The position numbers and the translations under genes were made by a program. Below, piece by piece: positions 55,501 to 64,000 of a stretch of DNA of 64,000 bases. Numbering within the stretch: the first letter of the stretch is position 1; each line of letters opens with the position of its first letter. Origin of the DNA: Eledone cirrhosa (taxonomy: Eukaryota); NCBI GenBank assembly GCA_964016885.1, contig OZ024742.1, positions 89,280,001 through 89,344,000 on the forward strand. The letters run 5' to 3'. Below the pieces are notes generated by a model. The model ran no database searches. It saw nothing but the letters and a program-made list of their open reading frames with translations, and was not told the origin of the DNA.

Positions 55501-58500
55501 TGGTAAGGACGCGTTTAGCTTCCAGTAGCCGGGTCTTCGTCTATGAAGCCTACCTAAGTCAAGCACACAGATCACGAATTTGTGGTCCGTGTAGCTGACT
55601 ATCTTGAATTGTGGACAGCCTATGCTAGACCTATCTATTTCCCTACAAAATACTCTATCTAGATATGATCTGGATGACCCTATGCGATTTGTCCAAGTCC
55701 ACATTGGTACATTCGGGAAATCCATTCGGTACATGTCAGACAGTTCAAAACGTCTGAGCAGGTTGGTGAGACTCTTGCACCCTCCTTCCCTATCCGTTAT
55801 TCCCACACAGTCCCAGCGTGCATCTAAGATCCCGTTCCAGTCGCCCACTAACACTAAAGAGCGGGACGTTCCAAGAAAGGTCTCCAGACGCCGGAAGAAA
55901 TCAGGTCGCCCTACTCCTGTCGGAGCATAGACGGCCACTAGCCTGAAAGCTTGCCCGTCTCCGCTGGTCATGTCCAGCACCACCAACTTACCCTCTGGGT
56001 CCAGGAAGATGGCCCGTATGGCGAGATCCAAACCTCTCCGAAAAAGCACAGCAACTCCTCTCCCGATCCAGGACGGCTGGGAGATGCGTACACATCGTAG
56101 CCGCCGAAGATCGGTGCGAAGACCCGTGCTTCGGAGATTCTGGTCTCGCTGATGGCCACTACATCTATGTTTAGTGACCTGAGGTCGTTGAGCAGGTGAC
56201 CCTGCTTCCATGACGACCCCAAGCCACGCGCATTTATGCTGCCTATTCTGAGTGAGGTCATGTTTAAAATGGAGTGGAAAAGATGGGAAAGACCACCCAC
56301 CGTACTTTTCGTAGAGGAAGGATGGTTTCTCCATCTCTTTCCATTTTATCGTCTGGTGAAGGGACCGTTGAATCGTCCCTTCGGCTGGTCGTCGGCTCTT
56401 CTATGAGTATGTCCGAATATACTCTCCGGTTGAGAGTCACTCCTAGGTCTCTGAAATAACCAACTGCGTTGGGGAATTTCGTTTTAATGTTTGTGTATTG
56501 TTTCTGTGCTATTTTTACCAGTCCTATGTTCGTTGGCGTTTTGATTGGTGCTGGTATTATGTAGTCGTGCTGTGAAATGTCTGTGTGTTCAATTATGTAA
56601 GTCATTAGTTTCTTGTTGTGTGTATTTATTGCCGTGCATTTGTTTTTCTGGAGGTGGGTGTGGTTATTCTATTTTCTTGTGGTTGTTGCTTGGTGTGTGT
56701 GTTTTGTTGTTGTGTTTGCGATGTTGGTGCTTGTGGTGGTGGTGTTGAAGGTGTTGTTGTTGTTGGCGGTGGGGTTGTCGCCGGTGGTTATGGTGGTGCT
56801 AGTGTGGGTGGTGATGGTGTTGGTGGTGTTGCTGCTGTGAGTCTCTTTGCAGTAGCCTTTACCCTTTTTCATTTCTTTCCTCCCTTTTCGAAGGCGACGA
56901 TGCGCTGCTTCTGCGTTTGTGCCTTCTTACGACCTTTTGCCATCCCTCTCCCACCTCACACTCCATGTCTGATTCTGTGAGATCGGGGAGGGGTACCAGC
57001 TCCACTCTTTCACTTGTTGTTGTTGGTGATGTTTGTAGTGGAGTCTCTGTTGCAGCTGCATTTGGTATTACTGTTGTTGTTGTTAATACTTCCACTGCTG
57101 CTGCTGTTATGGATTTCCGTGGCGTGGGTATGGGTGCCACAGACCTATCGTTCCTGGTTGCCGCTTGTCCTGTTGCTGGTAGCCGTGGAGCCGGTTTCGG
57201 AAGGAGGGGGGTTTTCTCCTTTCTCAGGGTCTTCTCGTTGCAGAAGGCCCTGAGGTGAGTCTTCGATCCACAGCGAAAGCATTTCGGGCGTTTGCCCTCA
57301 ACACTTATGGGCAGTTGAGTGCCGTTATCGAAGTCTATCACATCCGGGATAGCTTCGATGCACTCCTGGTTGGTTTGGATTAACATTTCAATGGAGGTGC
57401 CGACCCAATCTTCTCTTACTTTTTTCTGTACTTACAGTACAGTTGTTTTGTCCTCGATTCCGACGAGGACAGACGCGGCCAGCCAAGAAGGGGCCATCCC
57501 GGGGGGCACGTGGGTCAGTTTGACCCTCACAATTTTTTGCCCGCAGTAGGAGGGCAGCAACACCATTTCCTCGCTCCTTAGGGTCACTAAGCATTGAGCC
57601 TTTGCCTCCTGGGGTGTGGCAAAAAGCACGTCTACGGTGGCATATTTCTTGCCTCGGGTGATATGCGTTTTCCGCTGCCACACAGACCCTAAGGCTTTTT
57701 GTATTTGAGTCTCTGTGGCTCTTTCAACCCTACGGGATTTGGTGCTTACTGTACGGTACGTGACCGTACAGTGCTGTTGGGTACCGAAAAGTTTTTCGGC
57801 TGCCTTGCAGATTGCTCGGTGACCATCTTCTTCGCTTCCTGTAATTCCTCATTTGTTATGAGGATGGTTTCCAGGTTCTTTGCGATACCTGCAAACAAGA
57901 TTGGTGTTTCTTTGCTGCTGTTGTTGTTGTTGTTGTTGTTGTTGTTGTCGTCAGAGCTGCTGTTACTTTTGTTGTTGCTGCAGCTACTACGATTACTGCC
58001 GCCGCCGCTGTTGCTGCGGTTGTTGTTGTTGTTGCTGCTGCTGCTGTTGTTGTTGTTGCTGTTGCTGCTAATGCTGTTGTTGTTTATGCTGCTGCTGATG
58101 CTGTTGCGGCTGCTACTGTTGTTTTCCTTGTCACTGTTGCTGCTGCTGCTGTTATTACGGCTGATACTGCTATTATCCATGATGTCAGACGAATGAAATG
58201 GGTTTTCGTATTTCCCGCACACCTTTTTCGTCGTTGTCGTCGTGGAGAAATGTCCATAATTTTCACGTGATTTTTCTTTACTGGCGTCGCTTGCTAAAGA
58301 GAAGGGAGGGAGAGAGACACATTTAGAGAAGGGAGGGAGAGAGACAATCTTCTCTCTGCTGTAGTGACGATTGAGGAAGAAGAAGACGGAATGAGTGGGA
58401 GTGACCGATGAAAATTCTTTTTCGTAGCCATTTTTTTTTTGTTTAAAATAAATATTGGGCACAAAACCCCAATAAGCGGTTATTTAACCCCGAAGGGCCA

Positions 58501-58644
58501 AATAACGGGCAGAAAGACCCCTCTCACGAGGAGCAGGGTGTTTTTGTCTACAATTTGGTTAAAGTTTTAAACAATTTACAATTGTTATAGCGGTCAAAAT
58601 TTACAATACCTTACAGAGCCGAGCCTCCGTCAACCATGGCATTC
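52599..58644 (-). mobile_element. Full-length Tx1/L1-clade LINE in (ATT)n
   Basis: Broken ORF1 with poly-N/S and zinc knuckle CFRCGSKTHLRAFC. ORF2 from ATG 56261 has APE (GDWN, SYLDR, TDH), RT (SPGLDG, FRPITLLN, AFDRVDH, RQGC, YADH) and a C-terminal CPRC..ETVLH..C. AATAAA precedes the tail. Confidence 0.92.
57915..58160 (-). repeat. (AAC)/(AGC) trinucleotide tract within ORF1 (poly-Asn/Ser)
   Basis: In frame within ORF 57746-58462. Confidence 0.85.
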
Positions 58645-58677
<33 letters not shown>

Positions 58678-58679
<2 letters not shown>

Positions 58680-59838
58680 TTTATTTATTGGCCACAAGAG
58701 CTGACATCAAGGAAAACATTACAGACGGCACAGGAGGGTGGAGGACGGTACGATGTGGGTTTTGTGCGTGTAAATATGTTTATTATTTATATAAGAAAAG
58801 AAAAAAAGACATAGAAACATATATATATATATAAATAATAAAAATGAAAATTGAAACAATGAAAAATTCCCCAATAGGGGGGAAACCTCCGAGGGTTACT
58901 CGTGGCGAAAACCACACAAAAGACCACGGCCACCCTGACCACCAGGCCAAGCGCCCTCTCTCAATTTTTCCATTTCTCAAACTACAGACGTATATTCAGA
59001 GCGGTCCCGTTCACTCGGACCATTCTCGCTACATTCACTCACATTTCAACAAACTTGCTAGAAGGCAGCAGTCGCCTCTCCATCCTGATTTTCCTCTTCA
59101 AGTGAAACATGAAAAAGTTAATTAGGGATTCGCCGAAGAGGAAAGTGTCTGTATTTAACCCTTTCAACCTTGTCCACCACACAATCTCTTTCGCCATGGT
59201 CACCAGGCAGATGAAAACCACCTGCCCTTCCTCCTCGAGGTAAGACGGCGAGACAATCTGCACAATGGACTCGGATCGGACCTACACGCGACAGTACGAT
59301 GGTTTCGTCGCTCTGCGCGCATCTCGGACAGGCTCGGCTGACGGCACTTCCGTGCCTGTAGAGCTTATCTCGAACCGGCAGCGCTCCCCGGTAGCACTGC
59401 CAGCCCAGGGATTTCTGGAAGTTATCCATAGAACGTGGGCTGAAAGTTCTCCGGAAGAGAGCAAACAGCTGATTTTCTTCGACGCTCAGGATCTCTCCGA
59501 GAACGTCGACGTTCTTCCTCTCCACTAGTCCTCTTTAGAACGCCGAGGTGGATGTTCCACCGATACTGATACCCAGCTGGCAGAGAGCAGTGAGCGCCTG
59601 GAGACATTCCAGTTTCCAAGCGCTATCCCTCGGACTTTTCATGACCCAGGACTGCAGTTCCGTCAAGTAGACGAGCTGTGGGAAAACGTGCCTGGCGAAC
59701 CACGACCACACCTGTTCACCGTCAAGGATGCACCAGGGATGTCGCAGCCTCAACGCATGTTTGCGCATCATCAGCCATGGCATGCCCAGTCCTCCATGCA
59801 AGGGGTGTTGGCAGCAGATGGATCGTCTGACCACGGGA
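58678..59838 (-). mobile_element. Tx1-type LINE 3' fragment (related subfamily)
   Basis: MVRRSICCQHPL..GGLGMP and DNFQKSLGWQCYRGALPV..CPRC. AATAAA and (ATT)n tail. Confidence 0.88.
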
Positions 59839-59842
59839 CATT

Positions 59843-60038
59843 AATAATAATTGTTTCTACTTTTGGCACAAGGCCAGCAAATATCCCAGTGTATTACTGG
59901 TACTTTATTTAATCGACCCCGTAAGGATGAAAGGCAAAGTTAACCTCGGCAGGATTTGAACTCAGACCATAAAGGGCCGTAACTCTAAGCTGCAAAGCAT
60001 GGCGTCCGAATCTCTACCGATACTGCCAATCCACCGCC
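59843..60038 (-). mobile_element. S1 SINE
   Basis: Homologous to 4196-4380. Confidence 0.88.
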
Positions 60039-60068
60039 CAATAATAATAATAATAATAATAATAATAA

Positions 60069-60569
60069 ACGGCTGTATGTCAAAACTTCATTCTATCCTG
60101 AAGGAGAGCAAAAAGTATGCTACTGATCTCATGCTTGATCCCCAGGTTGGATAGACTGAGGAAACTGTTGCAATTGTTGTAGCTAAGCACATAAAATTAA
60201 TGGCAAAAGCAAAAGGGCAAGAGCAATTAGCATCAAAGTGGGAGCAGAAACCTCTGCATGGCAAACATGTGGCCCGTTGCAAACAAGCTGATGTTGACCA
60301 AACGCACACCCATCAGTGGCTACGTAGCTCAGGGCTAAAAGTAGAGAGCGAAGACTTCATCTTCAAAGCTTACTGACTCGGAATTACCAGGCCAATGTGA
60401 TGAGAAATGGAGTAAATCCAAAGTGCCGATTCTGTAATGTTGAGGTGGAAACAGTGGACCACCTAGTTTCTGGATGTAAAGTTTTAGCACTAGTAGATTA
60501 TAAATGTAGACATGACAGAGTTGGCCAATATCTACACTGGGTAATATGTCGGCATTATAAAATCAAAGC
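60069..60569 (+). pseudogene. R4/Dong LINE fragment, third family
   Basis: WEQKPLHG..HQWLRSSGLK.E.E..CRFC..ETVDHLVSGC..RHDRVGQYLHW. Confidence 0.85.
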
Positions 60570-60932
60570 TGACACAGAGGCTAGTCCTTCTGACTAGCCT
60601 CTGTGTCACGTGATTGATTCTTTAGAATCGGCCATTTGACTAGAAGCAGTGAGGATTTCAGTGCATGGAATTTAGTCCTCGCTAGCTGTTCCATCTACCG
60701 AATTATTATTATTTTTATATGAGCCGCCAGTGTCCGCGCATTGCCTGGAGACTTAGCTGAGAATAGACTCCCTGATGACGCAATGAATTCTCGACAGTTA
60801 GATTACGTAACTGTCTTTATCCCATTGCAGAAACTAATTAGTTGGAGTGAAAATTTAAGTAAGTAAGTAAACATTTTTTTTATTTTTTATTTTTTTATTT
60901 TTTTAAAAGGATTTTCTTATTTTACGTCTTTT
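60570..60932 (+). mobile_element. Non-coding HHR element beginning with a perfect hairpin
   Basis: 17-bp inverted repeat 60570-60586 / 60592-60608, HHR at 60767-60848, and a 3' end in (TA)n. Confidence 0.7.
60767..60848 (+). ncRNA. Type I hammerhead ribozyme
   Basis: ACTCC-CTGATGA-C-GCAATG..GACAGTTA/TAACTGTC..CATTGC-A-GAAA-CTAATTAG-TT-GGAGT. Stem III is palindromic. Confidence 0.82.
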
Positions 60933-60946
60933 ATATATATATATAT

Positions 60947-62805
60947 GTCGCCTGGCGGACCGATTCACGGAGCACCTCCGGGATATTCGTCTCGGGGGTA
61001 GTTCCCCCATCGCCCGCCACTTTGGTGGCCCTGGACATTCCGCACGCCATCTCACAGTCTGTGGCCTACTCCAGTGCCATGGAACACCCGCCAATCGCCT
61101 TAGGGTCGAACAACGAACTATCTTCATCTTACAGACCCACACTCCCCCGGCCTGAACTCCCCACCCTTATTCCTTTAGCCTTCGACCGCCCCCCTCCCCC
61201 CACACTTATCCCCCACTAACATCACTAACACACCCCTCCTTTTCACCGCCCACCCCACAACTAACAATACTAACACCTCCACTCCACCCCTCATCTGACC
61301 ACCCTTCCCCAACTAACTTACTAACATCCCTCCCTTCTTCTCCTCCTCCTCCCCCTCCTTAGCACACGCACACACCCACCGGCACATATATACGCGCGCT
61401 CACACTAAACACACACCCTACTACCACCACTAACCCTCGCCCCCACACCTTTCACCCCCACACCTCCATCCCACCACCCCGCAACTAACCTCACTAACAC
61501 CCCCTAACCCCAAGCACACGAACACACGAACCCACTTACACCACCCACCCCACACGCAACTAACATCACTAACACCCCCCAATCCCACGCACACGTACCC
61601 ACACACCCTCGTACACCACCAACTCTACACACCCTACCACCACTAACCCCCACTCACACCTGCATTCAACCCCTCCCCACCTCCCGTATACTAACACCCA
61701 CTAACACCCCTTCATCAAACTACACACACACCAGTACACCACACTCCCTCCACAGAACCACACACCCCCTTCTCTCCCCTCTCCACCCACACCCTCGCTC
61801 CACACTCACTCATCCCACTAACACCTCTACTAATACACACACACACACCCTCCTCACTCCAACTTTCACACCTACCCATCCTCGCCCCTTTACCATTCCA
61901 CCGACTGCTGCTATGCCCTCTGACCACCTCCCAGCACAAACAGACACACAGCACTCCAACTGCTTGACCACTTCCTGTTGCGCGCGCACCCCACATCTCT
62001 CCTCTTCCGACCATCGCTTCATGGAATACTCGCACGCAGAAATTGACCAGCACAGAATCCACTAAACACCTTTGGATTTTACCAACTTTTCAACCATCCT
62101 CTTACGTAATCACCTATATAACTCACCCACACACACACCCCAAAAACATTTTTTTCTCCCACACGCCACCTACACCCACAACACGCTTAAACCCCACACA
62201 CACTTGCTTTCCACCACATATTTACACCATCAGCCTCCTGATTCCTCTCCCCCCACCCCTCTATCCACACACGCACAGACACTCCGACCCCCCCCCCACA
62301 CACACACACACCTCTTCCTGAACATTCAACCCCGTTCTTCCCCCAATCCTTACTTTCACATACACACACACACACACACACGTACACCTACACACACACA
62401 CCACCTTCAGCCCTCCCCGCTCGGACACCCCGTCTCCCTCTCGCCACTCCACCCGCCACCACCCCTACACACCCCACACCCTTCCACCACCTGTTTTATC
62501 CCCCTTTTAATTTCAGTTTATTTTGATCATGCTTTTATATTTAAATTTATTTAATTCCTTGTATTTTGATCATGCTTTATTTTTATTTTTATTTTTATTT
62601 TTTTCATTCGCACCGTTTCCTTTCGCTATATGTCTCTCCACCACTCCCCTACACACCCTTTGAACTCTGTTCCCACACACTTCTCGCCTGAGGAAGGGCT
62701 TATGCCCGAAACGTCGTCCCCGACCAACACCCCACTCTCCAGAGCGTGAAATTAATAAACATTCGTTGTACTGCCTTTCTGTTTTGTCCCTGTTCAAATT
62801 TTTCC

Positions 62806-62808
<3 letters not shown>
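60947..62808 (+). mobile_element. Neptune-like PLE 3' fragment with long C/A-rich UTR
   Basis: RLADRFTEHLRDI..PIARHF..H..EQRTIFILQT..P.GLN is a GIY-YIG C-terminus. HHR near 62686 and AATAAA at 62754. Confidence 0.8.
62686..62717 (+). ncRNA. Minimal type I hammerhead ribozyme
   Basis: CTGAGGA-A-GGGC.TTAT.GCCC-GAAA-CG-TC. Stem I is weak (2 bp). Confidence 0.7.
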
Positions 62809-62848
<40 letters not shown>

Positions 62849-62997
62849 GATATTAACAAATGGAAACTATATTTATAAAAACCATATTTATTTCATTATA
62901 CCTATTTCAAGGATACCAAGTTAAATACTTGTCGAGTGCTTTATATTAGTTATAAAAATATTTACTTGTTGTATCCCAACAATTTAAATAGAACTTT

Positions 62998-63074
<77 letters not shown>

Positions 63075-63088
<14 letters not shown>

Positions 63089-63700
63089 CCGCATGTATCT
63101 GTGTGTTTCTAAATATATAAATAACTCCCTCTGGTCGAGCAATCTTTGAAGTGTGGGGACAACTGGAAAGCTTCCATTACTCATACTTCTCGCCTTCTTC
63201 ACTACCTCTTCTACGGCCTCGATATGAATACCCCCTCCGCCTCCGTGGTATTTTCTTCGTCGTTATAAGAGGCTTAGCTCTGTTTCTCGACCGTTATATC
63301 GCGTGACTATCTCCCCCTCCGCCTTTTGGGATTCTTTCTCACGTCGTGTAGACGCGTTCTTGAGACTAGTAAAATGAGGTATCCTCTTGATAAGTTGGCA
63401 GACCTCGCAAGGACTCTATATCTTTGATATATTGTTTTTGTTTATGCCACGAAACTACGTAGTCGAGGAATTTAGGAGCAGTTTAGGTATGATACATTTT
63501 ATTACTAATTATATCTAAATGTTTCTTCTCTCTTCATAATGTATTTTTGACTCTGATACTGGTTCAGTCTGGTTCAAACTGAATTGGTCTGTCCCAGTCA
63601 TTCATTGAGCAACATCGGTGAAGTTGGCACCCTTAACTCACAGTTGGGTGCGGATGCATTCATGTATATATGTGTGTGTCCGCATGTATCTGTGTGTTTC

Positions 63701-63710
<10 letters not shown>
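63075..63710 (+). mobile_element. Retrozyme-like monomer (about 590 bp) with terminal direct repeat
   Basis: GTGTGTGTCCGCATGTATCTGTGTGTTTCTAAATATATA occurs at 63081 and 63672. (TA)n flanks. Confidence 0.75.
63382..63469 (+). ncRNA. Type I hammerhead ribozyme, U3-A8 core variant
   Basis: TCCTC-TTGATAA-GTTGGCA..TGCCAC-GAAA-CTACGTAG-TC-GAGGA. Stem III is palindromic. Confidence 0.7.

Positions 63711-64000
<290 letters not shown>

Noticed and set aside
53858-55930. Plus-strand ORFs overlapping the Tx1 element, and minus-strand ORFs over the Dong elements
   Set aside because: Antisense shadows of GC-richer LINE coding sequence, with no recognisable motifs.

Overview
AT-rich, repeat-dense animal genomic window. 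The SINE families and the very high (TA)n load suggest a cephalopod or other mollusc (inference). No host protein-coding gene is recognisable; nearly everything is mobile DNA in two zones. Zone 1 (about 1-31.4 kb and 60.5-64 kb) consists of (TA)n tracts separated by Penelope-like elements (PLEs; Neptune-like, Naiad-like and a third GIY-YIG type) and about 10 small non-coding elements. Most of these carry type I hammerhead ribozymes (HHRs) and have foldback or tandem architecture. Zone 2 (about 39-60 kb) is a stack of R4/Dong RT-RLE LINEs and Tx1/L1-type LINEs joined by (AAT)n tracts. Helitron relics, tRNA-SINEs and an RTE fragment are also present. Highlights: about 20 HHR motifs from at least 10 families, including two with a compensatory U3-A8 core and two with a CCGYYGA core; a foldback, (TA)n-inserted element carrying a complete tRNA-like cloverleaf and no HHR; and a GIY-YIG-only mini-PLE with a fixed 5' end. 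All RNA structures were folded by eye and no database searches were run.
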